A DNA stretch of 58,218 nt, filler included, from Sphacelaria rigidula (taxonomy: Eukaryota), in NCBI GenBank assembly GCA_964200075.2. It is 9 parts of 9 records of this genome, joined end to end, with 100 filler letters (N's around TTAATTAATTAA, not from the genome) between each part and the next. Parts side by side here need not be neighbours in the genome. Positions count along the whole stretch, not along the records: positions 1 to 6,381 come from CAXNAA020020433.1; positions 6,482 to 12,861 come from CAXNAA020020434.1; 7 more parts are not named here. One strand, written 5' to 3'. This document shows positions 1 through 12,462 of this stretch, piece by piece (within the stretch, counting starts at the first letter, position 1; each line of letters starts with the position of its first letter). The notes beneath the pieces are model-generated. The model did not search any database and was not told the origin of the DNA. It worked only from the letters and a program-made list of their open reading frames with translations. The translations under genes were made by a program, and so were the position numbers.

Positions 1-2712
1 CATCACGAGTCAACTTATTATACTAAAACCAAGTAATTTCCTGACGAATCATTATTTGTCCTCACCGTGCTATTATACAGTCACCGGTAGTCACACGACC
101 TCCACAGTTTCACTAGAATAAGCAGGGTCATGAAAAATATCCGTCATCATTTGCTGTGTCATGGAAAACTCGAACACGTGTCCGTCCGGCACACACAGCA
201 ACGACACCCATCCACCAACGCAAAAAAAGCTGGATCAATCTGTGCAACATGCGAGGAAAAACTCAAGTATATCAGTAGTAAACGAACAGTGGCGACGTAC
301 ACCATGTAAATTAGTTTGACAGTGAGGGTGGACTAAACACAATGGCCAATGTTCTTATGTAAAACCAAAAGCGGGAAAACCACGAAGGAGTGTGTAGCAG
401 GGATATCATCTCATACAGCACCAACTCTGGTCACTGTCGTAACTTTGTACCGAACCCCAAACCCCGTCCATTCCAGTTGCGCCACGTGTACATGTACGAG
501 AACATCCCCGAGACACTACAGATTTAGGAATGAGACACAAAAAGCACACTCATAGAGCAGCAGGCCAAGTCAAAATTTGGCGTAATTTCATGAGGGAAAA
601 AAACACGGATCCCGCTCGAACATTCGGTTCGTGTCACCATCAACACCACCCCACCGGCCCTCTCTCGCAACCGCTCAACTCAAGCATGAGTCTCTGACGT
701 CATCGTTTCTGCTGCAGCACACCAGTCTAGATCTCAACAAAAGACGCGGGTGCTTCATTTCGCCTTCCCTAACCCTGCGACACCCAATGACGGTGAGAAC
801 GGCCATCTCACAAAAAAGGCGGTCCGTGAACCGTTGTATGATATCGCCCGCGGCCATGGCGTTCGTCCCATCTATCTCCCTCGAACACGAGGCTTTGAAT
901 CTAGTATTCGGCGATGGACGGCCGCTGTTCCAACGGTATCAGGTTAGCTGAAGATCCCACCGAAGCCCTGATCAAAAGGTGCACGCAAGCGCCAAGGGAA
1001 ACAACGGAACAAAACAAAAATATTAATGGGATTCGACGAACAAAGAAAGGGGTGCCAGTCTATTATAGCATGTTCAGCTGTCTTGACGGGACGAACAAAT
1101 ACATGTACTCCAGGACACGACCACAAAATAACTCCCGAAACTCACTGTCCCACGGTAAACAAAGCATAATAGCTCGAACGGAAGCTTTCGATAAACTGGG
1201 AAGGGTGTCCTTGGTGTGAGTCGAAGCCCTCGACCTACAGACCGCGACGGCAGGCAATCTCTTGATCGGGACAATCAACGTTCTTCAGGTGTGAATGATC
1301 TCGATTCAACAGATCGCCTACGCGCGCGGTCGAATAGTTCGAGAATAGGTTGAGATATGATACCCTGTGTCGGTCACGTCCACCCCCAAAATAACCCAGT
1401 CTCGTCATCAACAACTGAGTGTTTTGGCAAATATATTTCCACATGCACGAGCGCCCTTCCTCCACGAATAAATTCAAGTGTTTGAAAATGAAGACCCTGC
1501 GCGACCATTGGCAAGAGCTAGCGTCGGACATGGCGCATAAGTGCGACGGGTGTGCGTCCGTGTTTCCTCGGGGAGTTCTCCTCTGCACCGTAAAAAAAAC
1601 ACGGCCCCGACACGTGAAAGTGCAGTCTGATACAAGTTCGTGTTATTTCTCTCACGAGTTTGCTGTACCTCAACTGAAACAAAGCTCCCGTACGTTACTC
1701 AGTTTTCTTCATCGGGTAGGGGAAGTGACGGGTGGGGGTACAATAAACCATCCGGCACACACCTCTCGACACTCAAGGAGGTACGGACTCGACCGTAATC
1801 CTCAGACAGCGACCCCCCCGCGGTGGACTGAGTTGGGCTATACCACATTCAAGGTTCAGAACTGCTCTTTTCTCGCTATACAAAACGCCTTTTTTATGAA
1901 CGTATGGATACTTGATACTTGTCGTTCATGTCGAACATAGTCCCGGACAACCCCTGATCAGTTTTGACCCTGAAGTCAATTGCGTGCAGAGTCGATATGT
2001 AGTGTCTGTTGTATGTCTTCACTGGGTACAACGAGAAGAGACAATATAAGTGTGCCATCGCTCTCCACTGAACACAGTCTGGTACATGCTGCTGATGCCT
2101 TTGCTTAGTGCTCAACTACAACACTACGACAGTGTGAAGCTATGCTGGCAGCACATAAGGGGTCAGGAGGGTGGCGTAGACCACGAGCAGAATACAAATC
2201 CAGTTATTTGTACCCATATAATCTATGGTTGATTTCCCATGACCAAAGTGAGTCGTGGGGGTAGACAGCGAATTAAGTTAATGTATTCAGTCCACCCGAA
2301 CGGGAACAAAAGTGCTCATGTTGACGACCGTGATTGGTCAGAATGGGCATTCCGCGCCTCTCGAGCCTCGTGCACGGCTCATAATTTTCCGCGGGAAACA
2401 TCCAGACACACATGGTTCACTCGGTGAGATGTTCGGCTCCTCTGCCGACGTATACCCCCCCCCCCCCCCCCCCCCCCCCCCACCGCACCCGGCCACTGGA
2501 AACTCCCGGATGTCTCCCGACTGTCAGCCTGTGGGAATTTCCGAGGAAACGCTCGCTGTCCAAGGGTTAACCCTGCTGATACCCTTTTCCCCCACCACCG
2601 CGTGTTGGTGGCAGGTGTCCATTTGTTCTGTGTCCAAGTCAAGATGATGCCATTTCACATATTGGCATCATTTCGACCTGGAAACAAAATAAATGAACAC
2701 CTGCCACGAAGA

Positions 2713-3176
2713 CCGCGTCTTCTAGTATGAAAGCGGACTCTCTGAGAACTACCCCATTGAGCCTCGATTTTTTGGCGGAATACGAGCCTTGGTGGATTTG
2801 GCCTTCTCGGAAATTTTTGATTCGATCACGAGGATTCTAGCGCCCTCTTCCGATTTTTCGAGAGCCCACTTTTGCTTTTAGCCGGATTCTGGATTATTTC
2901 AGTCGTCCCAAAAATCGTCCGGTTGTCGGGGGGGGGGGAGGACTTTCCCCCCGACAACTCGAGGGTTCTTGGGGCGTCTGACAAAATCCAGAACGCGGCC
3001 GAAGGTAAAACTGGGCATACGAAAAATCGAAGAGGCGCGATGGAATCCTCGTATAAACATGTTAAATCTTTCCGAGGAAGCCCAATCCGCCAAGGATCGT
3101 ATTCCGCCGAAAATCGGTCATGAAAAGCTAAAAAGGACAGTTCTCATTGAGTCCGTTTTCAGACTAGAAGAAGCAG
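2713..3176. mobile_element. Foldback/MITE-like element, almost fully palindromic (~215-bp imperfect arms)
   Basis: GCGTCTTCTAGTATGAAAGCGGACTC...GTTGTCGGGGG is mirrored by CCCCCGACAAC...GAGTCCGTTTTCAGACTAGAAGAAGC. No credible ORF. Confidence 0.8.
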
Positions 3177-4009
3177 CCCAATAACACACGGTTGTGGGGG
3201 GGAAGTGGAGAAGAGTGTCACAGATTAACATTTGTGGGAGTCCGGTCCCAAGAGGGTCAAGCTACCGGTAAACTCCAGCAGATGGTCAAAGTTAGATGGG
3301 GTTACCCGGACAAAACGTTTAGACTACGTACCAAGTGCTATGGGAAAGGAAGTCTGGACACGGTGAGGCCAGATTCTAGAGCTCGGAAATGGGTTTTCTA
3401 ACCATTAACCAGTTGGAAGGTTACGCGTAGCGCACCCATTAACCAGTTAAATGGTACATGATGGTTTGGTCATCGAGCGGCGCAGCCGCGAGACAAAAAG
3501 CCCCCCTCGGCAGAGGGACCCCCGCCGGAGGCGCCATGCGGGAGGCACGCTCTTACGTGATTTGACTTCACTAGAGCTAAAAAAAAAACGTGAATTTCGG
3601 GCCAATTTCCAAGCGCTGCATGTAGTATGCGTACCCGGTAACGGCTTATAAAGCCGGTAACAATAAGTAGTGATTTGAAACCATTATCCTACATTTTCAT
3701 ACAACCGTCACCATTATTACCATTAGAACGATAATGGCCACTTATAACCGGTACCATTTCCGAGCTTCACCTAGTGTTCAGGGTAACCAGGTAGGGGAAT
3801 GTACTCTATAGTTTGTCTTGAAGGTCTTTTCAGTCTTGAAATACTGTTCTATTTCACTCGTAAGTCTAGGATTTACCTAGAAAAAACCGTGAGATCCCAG
3901 GGAGGGGGGGGGGGGGGGGGGGGTCAAAAAAAAAGGGGAAAAGAGACGAAATCGCCGTCCATCCACCGTTGACCCCCTGCGTTTGCGAGGTTTTCGTTTN
4001 NNNNNNNNN

Positions 4010-4040
<31 letters not shown>

Positions 4041-4324
4041 GGGGGGTGGGGGGGGGGGTTCAAAACACAGGGGAAAAGAGACGAAATCGACGTCCATCAC
4101 ACGTTGAACTCCTTCGATTGCGAAGTTTTCGATTTTTGCGCGAGTACCTGTGTAATGAACACGGAAAGCAAAGAGAAAAAAGCTCGCAGAAAAGTGTGCA
4201 ATGATGGGACATTTCTTTGCAAATTTCGCAACCCACACGCGACCGATGCCGCGGCAGTCCCGCTCCCCCTCATCAGGGTGGCTAGTTTGAGGAGGCAAAA
4301 CGTAATGTGAAACAAAAGGACAGA

Positions 4325-4420
4325 AGCCGAGCACCGCGAGCAGCTGGGAACTCCCACCCTCGGAATCGTTTTCGCCAGTGTCGCCCATATGAGGTGCTTC
4401 ATGCAGAGTCTGAAGCAAGC
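4325..4420 (+). repeat. High-copy dispersed repeat (core GCAGCTGGGAACTCCCAC...GTTTTCGCCAGTGTCGCCCATATGAGG). Other copies at ~20548-20712 (+), ~32405-32581 (+), ~33800-33927 and 34241-34275 (-)
   Basis: Direct comparison of copies on three different contigs. Class not determinable. Confidence 0.8.
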
Positions 4421-4547
4421 AATCGTGAAACAAATTTCAGTCTATTAATAGGTGTATATTTTCTCCAAAAAAATTGGGGCAAACTATCGCTCGAAACGTG
4501 TTCCCCACATCTAGCGCAGCGATGAGCAAGTTATCCAAGGGGCGCAC

Positions 4548-4700
4548 CTTCCCGCTCTTCGCCTTCTTGCTGTCCTTGCCCTTTTTCGCTCCAGCCTTTG
4601 CGCCACTCTTGTCTCGGAGATCCGTCAAAAGCTGGCGCTCTTCAGCGGAGATGTCTTTTGGAATCTCAACTTTCATCGTCACGTAGTGATCTCCGCGAAC
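4548..4700 (-). CDS. dnaJ: Internal exon of a DnaJ/Hsp40 co-chaperone (C-terminal domain end): VRGDHYVTMKVEIPKDISAEERQLLTDLRDKSGAKAGAKKGKDSKKAKSGK
   Basis: The RGDhyVxxKVEIPKxxSxEERxLL motif is typical of the type I/II DnaJ C-terminus. The 153-nt phase-0 exon is bounded by a ...tacag acceptor and a gtgcgc donor on the minus strand. Confidence 0.85.
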
Positions 4701-4723
4701 CTGTACATGTATAGGCGCGCGTT

Positions 4724-4748
4724 TATATATATATATATATATATATAT
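4724..4748. repeat. (TA)n microsatellite in the DnaJ intron
   Basis: Perfect TA run. Confidence 0.95.
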
Positions 4749-5447
4749 GAGGTTTCCGGGAGCTTCCGTAGCTAGGCCCAGTAAAATCGATTTCGAGACG
4801 CTTGGTAAATACGTTGAAGAAGATCGCTCCTTGTCCAGTCCCTATACCATGGCAGAGCTGGAACCCCAGCCTCCAGTGTCAGGGAAGCCCCCTCTGCTTG
4901 TTACATATTGTACTCACTGAAGCATTCAACATGCGTACGGATGTCCTTGCTGCTCGTACCGCAGGGTACTCCCGCGGGAGTCCAGGCCAACATCTCGCGG
5001 GTCCAGGTTCGACTCCAATCGAGGACAAAACACACCTTCTGACTGTGAAACACAATCTATAGGTGCGTTCGTGTGTAAGAGTGTATCGTCATTGGTGTGT
5101 AACAAACCGAGACGGCATACACCACCCGTGTGATCATGCTTGGTATGAGGTATGCGTATATGTAATCCCCGGTAGAAGAACCGTTTCACTCTTCATTTTA
5201 ATACCACGGGTGTGTTGTCAGAAGTATCCCAAGAACACTTCGACCTCATCCATAGTTCCATTTTCACGGTATGGGCGAAAACGATGGATGTCACCCCTAT
5301 ATTCATGGTAGAAACCACCCCCCGGGGACGGCTGTATTCTCGTCCACTGCGCCACCATGCACCACCCGCCCAAATCTTAAAACTGTGATTGTGAGCCTCG
5401 CTCGGAAACGTTCCCTCAATTGACAATTCGGGGACATCCAGTGCCGC

Positions 5448-5529
5448 GCCCTGATGGTGTAATGGTCCGACTGTCACCATTGAGGTGGACAAAACGAGGG
5501 TTCGAATCCCGATGCGTTGGGTTTTTTTT
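5448..5529 (+). pseudogene. tRNA-Gln(TTG)-derived sequence (SINE head or tRNA pseudogene)
   Basis: A-box TGGTGTAATGG, hairpin CACC-ATTGA-GGTG with TTG in the loop, B-box GGTTCGAATCC, then T8. The acceptor stem pairs poorly. A second copy lies at 58172-58218. Confidence 0.65.
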
Positions 5530-6159
5530 CAAAGTATCTGATTTCCACCGCCGAGAGCGTGGGTATGTGACTTGACAAAAAGTGGTTAACTGGGTCTACT
5601 TGACGTGAGTTAACGCGGTGCGGGAGTACTGATAGTCATGACCCAATCCACGAGACCAAGATGCAAGGCGTGTACTGGGGAGAGATGGGTTGATCCCTGG
5701 GACCACGGACTGGTTCCGAGGACGGGGAGGGGTTCGAAGTGCGACATTAAAAAGTAGCAAACATTCAGAGCGGGGGTTGAGGTAAGGTTGAGCGTCTGTT
5801 CGCATAAGAACCGAAAAACTCACATGGTCAACCGTGTGTTTGGAAGTTTCCCATTAAAGTAGATCGTGTGTGTGGCCTCAAGAAGCAGTTTTCAACGATT
5901 CCTTACCGCAGGGGAGATAGCTTTCATCCCTTGAGACGAGGCACTCATCCCGGAAAAGGGGGGGCTTCAAACTGTGCGAAAAAAATCATGAATAGGTGTG
6001 TACAAATATTTTGGTTCATTTACTGTGAACAGGCTGGTTCAAGCATATCACCCAAAAACCACTCATTGGCAAAACCTAACGCCGTTTCAAGGATTTAGGC
6101 CGGATGTTATGGCAAACAGATTTTTGGCCCACGGATTGTTCACTTTCATGACGTTTGAC

Positions 6160-6381
6160 CCGCCTTTTGACCCCCAAGCAGAGAAAACCGCCACCACACG
6201 TCTTGGACACTTTGCATCACGCCGCAAAGAGGAGCCTAGTCTGCGTTTCAGATTCGCTTGGCTCCGAGGTTCGACATTGGCCGCGGAACAAAAATTTGCG
6301 CGTAAAAATATGTGCCTGCCGTGATGCAAAGTGTCCGAGACGTGTGTTGGCGGTTTTCTCGGCTTGGGGGTCAAAAGGCGG
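6160..6381. mobile_element. MITE with ~62-bp near-perfect terminal inverted repeats (runs to contig end)
   Basis: CCGCCTTTTGACCCCCAAGC...TTTGCATCACG (6160-6221) mirrors CGTGATGCAAA...GCTTGGGGGTCAAAAGGCGG (6320-6381). Confidence 0.75.
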
Positions 6382-6481
6382 NNNNNNNNNNNNNNNNNNN
6401 NNNNNNNNNNNNNNNNNNNNNNNNNTTAATTAATTAANNNNNNNNNNNNNNNNNNNNNNNNNNNNNNNNNNNNNNNNNNNN
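6382..6481. other. Artificial contig linker (N44-TTAATTAATTAA-N44). Identical linkers at 12862-12961, 19342-19441, 25822-25921, 32302-32401, 38782-38881, 45261-45360 and 51740-51839
   Basis: Eight identical 100-nt spacers with a six-frame stop core. The intervening contigs are 6381, 6380 (x5) and 6379 (x3) nt, i.e. sorted by length. Confidence 0.99.
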
Positions 6482-8439
6482 ATTTCGATTTACGTGAAGA
6501 TTTTGCCTCCCAAAACCATGCATTTTTTTGGGGGGGGGGTATCGTAGAAAGTGTCTCTTACATACTGTGTACACATGGTCTACGCAACTACGGTTTGATC
6601 TGAAACGTGCTCGCCCCTCACTGATTTTTTCGTTTTTTTTTGCATTGTTCCTACTCTATCGTCCAGAATCTGGGTTGAGGGGGAGGGGGGGGAGGTCTCT
6701 GGGTGGATAAGCGGAACCTTGGCGGAGAGCACTTCCGTAGGTGAGGCATCTTGAACAAGCACATGATGTGAAAGTTTGACAAACACTGTTCCTCGCTTGT
6801 GCTTGCCGTAAAAAACACACTAAAGAAGCGGGTCAAACATGCCGATTTACATCCTTGCCGCTGAACCGAGCACAGAAGTACCGGTACCCCACACTGTTTC
6901 CCCTGCAGGACGGCATCGGGTTGTTGCCTCAGCCTCAGAGTTTTGAAGCACTTCAGAGTTCGGGGAGGGGGTAGTCTACTCTACGGTAATTTCAAGTACG
7001 TCGGGGCTTCAGGTTACAACCGCGAAAATTGACGCAGCTGAGATCACCAACGTCACAACTATCGACGACAAGTGCACATGCACCCCCTGGAAGGGGCATG
7101 AGGTGCACTGAGGCCATCAACAACGAAACGCGTTTTCGCGATTTGTTGCGTACCGTACAGCAGCCAAGACTTGAATGACACGCTCCGCCGCGAAATTCCG
7201 CATTGCTGTACAGGTAGCCGCTGGCGAACATTCTCTGGTGAATTTGCCAAATTTACCTTTGGTTTTCATGCGGGAGTACGTACAGGTATCGTGGTGGAGC
7301 AGGACCTCCGCTTGCCCTGAAAGACGTTGAGCATGCGTTCTTCCTCATTTACCTACCATGTCACAAAGTAGATATGCGTGTACCGCCGGCCGTGGGTGGA
7401 CCGATCACGATTGAATACGCTCCAGCAAAAGAATCTGAGACAGCGTCATACGCATGCAACTCACTGCGCGACAGGTATTAGATGGAGCCGTTGCCGGTCG
7501 CACGTTCATTAGTTTTACCACAGCCTGCCAACATCATACCAACGACACGCGCTGTGCGACGGGTGGTAGATGAGCCCCTTGCCGGCAACACCTTCATCTC
7601 TAGCACCACAGCCGATACCCAGGCTATATCACAGCTTGGTGATCTTGTGTCAGAAACGGAAGCTTGGATGGCTTCGCTCGAAGCGAAACCTTCAGCGCTG
7701 AGCACTGTAAGCTGCAACTCACGTACATTTCGTGAGGAAATGGATTCATGATAGCCGCAAGGTATTCTTTTTTTTACAGAAAACGAATTTTCTACAGAAG
7801 GATTACTCAGCACTCAATGATCACCACGAGGTTCGTTAGCGCGACGTAGCAAAGTTGTTGACAGTGTTCTTCCGTTGGTGATGGCACGCGATCGAAGGTA
7901 TCGTCAGCTTTTTCTTGATGGCATGCAGACACTTGATGCCGCGGCTTGGGTGCTTGGCGCTCTGGCCGTCCCCCAGCGCTCGTTATTCTGCCTCCATGTG
8001 GAAAACGCACAGCATTCATGCATATGGGATGGAACCAATCTTTCCCGTGCTACAGGTTGAAAAGAAAGCATCGTCGTGTGACGAAATCCAACGCGGTACA
8101 GCCGCATGTAAACTATTTACGGTGCTCACACGATATCCGGTAGGGGGACGGACTTGCACAAATGCGACACTTTCGGGTACGGTGCACACTTGATGGTGGT
8201 CTACTACGTAAATCTCAGACACCCGTAGGCACAATTAACGAAAACAAGCCCAGGGCAATTCAACATTCCTACATGACTGGGTATGTGTCGTTCGCCCGCC
8301 TTTACAAAGAACTCGCCGCGCCCCGTTTGTCTAACTGGCGCATGTTGAAACCGGGTAGGTTAGGGCAGCGGGTTTGATTGCCGAGATGTGCAACTCTACA
8401 CGTATCGCTTCTCAGGAATGTCTGACTTCCTGCGTCGTT

Positions 8440-8760
8440 AAAAACGTGAGGATGTGCGTGTTGTGAATGAATGGAGTCGTTGCAGCAAAGATTATCGGTA
8501 CAGTACAACTTATGGGGGTCCAAGGAGATCAAGAGCCACGTGTATTTTTCACGGGGAGTACCTCTCTTGTGTTAATTTATAGTCTACCTGTCGGAGTGAT
8601 GTGTCAAGTAGGATATTGCTGGAGTAGGCGTGTTGTCATGATTTGTCAATCAAAGATACTCTAGCAGAGTATCTAGGCCACGTAAGCCGAAATATATCTT
8701 GTGTGCAAGATTGCAGTTGGTCTAAGCTGAGAGCTGGCAAGGGTTCCGCGTCAGCAGCAG
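8440..8760 (+). repeat. Dispersed repeat (possibly an LTR fragment) shared with ~54255-54590
   Basis: Colinear matches such as CATGATTTGTCAAT.AAA.ATACTCTAGCA.AGTAT.TAGGCCAC and GCTGGCAAGG...CCGCGTCAGCA on two contigs. Confidence 0.75.
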
Positions 8761-10294
8761 AAGTGGTTGAACCAGATGACATAGCTTCGTTGGACGTACG
8801 TGTGCAAGATTGGTTTTGTTCAAGAACGTGATGAGTGTTGAGACTTGATCTCGATCGCCACCGCTCTCACTCTCCCAAGCTTAATCAGTTTTTCCTCTAG
8901 CTCTCTGCGTGCGAAACGGGCTATCTGATCTTGTTTCGGCCAGAAGCGCCCTAGAAAAACCACCCGACTTTTTCTTACTGTCTCGTGAGACAGTATAGTG
9001 CCACACGAGTCAATATCTCAATAAGTGCGTAGCGTATAGAAACATTGACGAACGTCGACGCGCCGCAGGAATGTGGATCGAATCCGCGATGCTAAAACGT
9101 CAAGCACGTATCGGAGGAGAGATGCGTTGATCCCTCGAGACTGCAGACTCGTCGTGGGAAGGGGGAGAGGGTCGAAAGTGTGGCGAAAAAAGAAACGCAC
9201 CACGACTCCGACTTTCGCAGCTTGATTGATCTGCCTCGAGATACGCGTACATATCTATTTCACCTATCACAGTCCGACGCCACCACCAGTGTTTTCTCGG
9301 AACTCACAGTGTTTGTTTCCACAGCCGTCGTACCCTCCAGCGAGAACGAGAAGCTTAGCTGGCCGCAAGATCGACAGTTCGACTGTCCGCCCAAGGAGAA
9401 GTCATCGACCACGTCCACCACCTGCACACAACTCCTGCTGTTGTTGGCAGAAGGCGCAGATGACGCTTGGGCCGATACGTGCCTCACACACGAGGCCACG
9501 GCCAGAGCGGCAAATCCAACAACCGCAGCGTGGCTCGATGTCCTGGCTCTTGTACGCGCGGATTCCGTCCGATACTTCCGCGGTGTGAGCGCGTAGGTGA
9601 GGAATAGAGATCTGGGCCGACGTTGAACAAGAGAAATGCGGTACTTGAAGAGCACGGCGGGCAGGCGGCAGTTGACGTGAGCTTGAAGACAGAGGTGTGG
9701 ATGCGATTTTGTACGATGAGTCAAAATCAGTAGCACCGCTAACTCGCGGTGAATAAGAGAGCATTAAACGTTCGATAGCGCTGCGGTCCAGACCAGCATG
9801 TCAGTCTACTACTCCATAAGCAAGTGCAGCATGATCAACGCTAGTATTATCCCCGACACTGAGTCAGGTCACTCTGTGGATAAACGTTGTAATGACAAGT
9901 TGTAATCTTCGAAGCCAGATATCGGAACGGTTTTAAATGTGAAGACAACAACAACAACAACAACAATATATTGAGTCATTTCAGACGGTCAAAGCACAGG
10001 GGTCGGAGTGCAGCGGCTGCATCGAGATGTACACTTCGTATAAATATGTGTGTGTCAACGAGGCGGGTGTTTTGTGATACCGACATCTTCATCTACCGAC
10101 ATCATGACACGATGTTTCAATACCGTCTTTCGGTACAGGGTACTAGATCATGTCCAAAAGCTGCGTCTACGGCGCGGCGCACGCTCCGTTCTCGGTGTTG
10201 CGTCACGCTTATGTGGACAGGAGGCGGGAAATAAAGCCAATCGACGCGATGGCCGGACAAATCAACACATCGCTGAGCGGCTCTACGGTAGGGG

Positions 10295-10762
10295 TGTATA
10301 TTCGTCAGAAAGAGGTGCTTTGGAGTCCGTAATCTCGGCGCCTTCTCCGGGTTTCCCCTCGGCAATGCTGTCGAAGTGTTCAGGGTGGGCCTGGACGTTT
10401 TGACATCTTCCGGCAACTATAAGAAAGCGCTGACTGAGTGGCTCGGTGGCGGAGTTCTTTCTGACAAACAAAAGAATTGTGAGTTCAATTCTCGGCGCGG
10501 TCACTTCTTCTTTCCAATAGTCGAAGAAAGATCTTTCCCATAGTTAAGGAAAGGTGTCAAAACGTCCACGTCCACCCTGTACACTTCTGCAGCGTTGGCG
10601 AGGTGAAACCCGGAGAAGGCGCCGAGCGTACGGACTCAAAAACACCTCTTTTGTTCGTCAGAAAGAACTCCACCATTGAGCCACTCAGTCAGCGCTGCCT
10701 AAGTGGCTCAGCGGTGGAGTTCTTTCTGACGAACATCGAATTCTCTCTGACGAACAGTGCAT
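10295..10762. mobile_element. Composite inverted-repeat element (rearranged foldback)
   Basis: Block A (10309-10427) is inverted at 10533-10650. Block B (10427-10473) is inverted at 10647-10696 and partly repeated at 10700-10734. Outer motif TTCGTCAGAAAGA / TCTCTCTGACGAA. Confidence 0.7.
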
Positions 10763-12139
10763 ATTTTTTTTCTGAGGCTCTGTACAGTCGGAACACAGTG
10801 GGAGCGTCTGGATGACACAACATCTGGGCCTTGGTGTGCGGCCTCAGAAACCTTACGGACAAAAACGTGCACCCCTATCGTAGAATCCCTCCGCTCGAGC
10901 GATCGGGATCACGCGAATATTCCGTCCGGCGCCATCAGGTTCCAAACTGGCGAGGTACAGAATCCGATGCATGTACCTTACAAAGTGACCCGGCACAATG
11001 ACGACAGCATGCGAACGCTGAATTATTGAGGATATTATATCTAACTGAGTTGTTCTCGCGACTCACGAAGACCGGCGGTTCTTTCGTGCCATACGTATTT
11101 ACCTGATGCTGGTGATCAAACCAGTGAGCCAGGAGGCCTCCATGGCGGCGTACTTGACAAGCGATAGCATGGCAGTAAGCAGGAGTTGCAGCAAGGCTAA
11201 GATGGTCGAGGTCGCCGATGGACTACGGCTGCGCACATGCCCCGGAGGTTTTCCTCCGGTACCACCGCATTCGTCATACTCGACTCCGGCACTTCCGATC
11301 GAAGCACGTTTACCTCGAGGATACATCGCGTCACCTCGGCGTTCAGCCTCTTCATCTGCAGCGCTAGGCCTGGGCCGTCCCGGGTCGGGTTGTGTGCCAT
11401 CGAGAGGAGGGAAGAGAGTGACTACATGACCAACTGCACATGCCGGCATAGCACCACCTGCAGTAGTCTCGCCTCCTCGAGGGGCAGCCATGATGGCGTT
11501 ACGAGGTACCCCACCAGGGAGGGTCCAAGAGGCGTTGCCAGGCTTGGCTGCGGCACCTCCACTTTCCGTGACGTGTGGGTCCTTCAGATGTGACGGGCAA
11601 TGATCAGCAAAAAGGAGGCATCGCTGATGAGCCACAGGCTCGGATTAGAAACGCTGACGAATCAATATAATCCTCGGGTTTTCGTGTGCGTCGAACAGCT
11701 GGATACGATCTATTGATGCATGATATCACAGTCATATATATCGGCAGGGTGGACGCAGCAGTGACTGTTCAGGTATGTTCTTCAACATGACCTCCATGGA
11801 TCGGAGACACGTCGGTTTACGCTTCGTTTACATCACCCGCGAGAGGTTGAAAGCACGGTCCCCAAAGATTAATTTCTATCAAACTCACCCCTTCTCCCCA
11901 GATATTGCCAGCGTATTCACGCCGGAACATACGACCTGAGCGTGCAACGATACTGCAGAGCACAGCAACGGTGGAGATTACGCTGGCAGCGGCGATTTCA
12001 GTGTTCCCCACCTGCAAAATGAGGAGTGCCGGACACATGGAAGATACCTTAGCACAAATTCATCAATGTGCACACAACGCGGCACGTACGCATTCTTATT
12101 TGTTTTCTTTGTCACACGTTGAATACCTCCCCTTCTTCG

Positions 12140-12255
12140 GAACGAGTCTGTGGTCTCGAGGGATCAACCCATCTTTCCCCGGCACACGCCTTGCGTTTTG
12201 GTCTCGCGGGTTGGATCATGACCAGCACTCCCGCACCGCGTCAACTCTCGTCAAT
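12140..12255 (+). repeat. Dispersed SINE/LINE-tail-like repeat (GAGTCTGTGGTCTCGAGGGATCAACCCATCT...). Other copies at ~5600-5730 (-), ~9075-9170 (-) and ~24260-24360 (+)
   Basis: Four similar copies on three contigs. Confidence 0.75.
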
Positions 12256-12462
12256 CAAGCCCAGGGGAAGGGGGGGGCTCGATTTAACGAAAAAAGACGC
12301 ATGAGTGTATCAGACGACCCTAACACATTCGCAGTGCGCTTGCATTTGAGTGAAAACGGTATCAAGCGGTGTGAGCGAGTGTTATTAATCGGTAACAACC
12401 GCGTTCGAACAACTGTCGCTGCGTTCGTGGAAGAAATTGCCCCACATACGCCCCCCTTCCCC

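Noticed and set aside
3900..4140. ~80-bp direct repeat, each copy preceded by poly-G
   Set aside because: It straddles a 10-N scaffold gap and homopolymer runs, so the arrangement may be an assembly artifact.
6382..6481. Regularly spaced TTAATTAATTAA motif every ~6.48 kb, suggesting an array
   Set aside because: It is embedded in fixed N runs between length-sorted contigs, so it is a concatenation linker and not biology.
7000..8360. Protein-like stretches on + (e.g. ORF 7482-7751) and on - at 9260-9600, 10850-11635, 12962-13350 and 17314-17496
   Set aside because: They have stops/frameshifts or lack a start, and I recognise no domain. They are possibly decayed genes or TEs but unsupported without a search.
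11625..11655. CTGATGAGCCACAGGCTC...GAAAC as a hammerhead ribozyme (also CTGATGA at ~21266 and ~25055 minus)
   Set aside because: GAAA does not follow stem II directly and stems I/III cannot be built, so there is no complete catalytic core.
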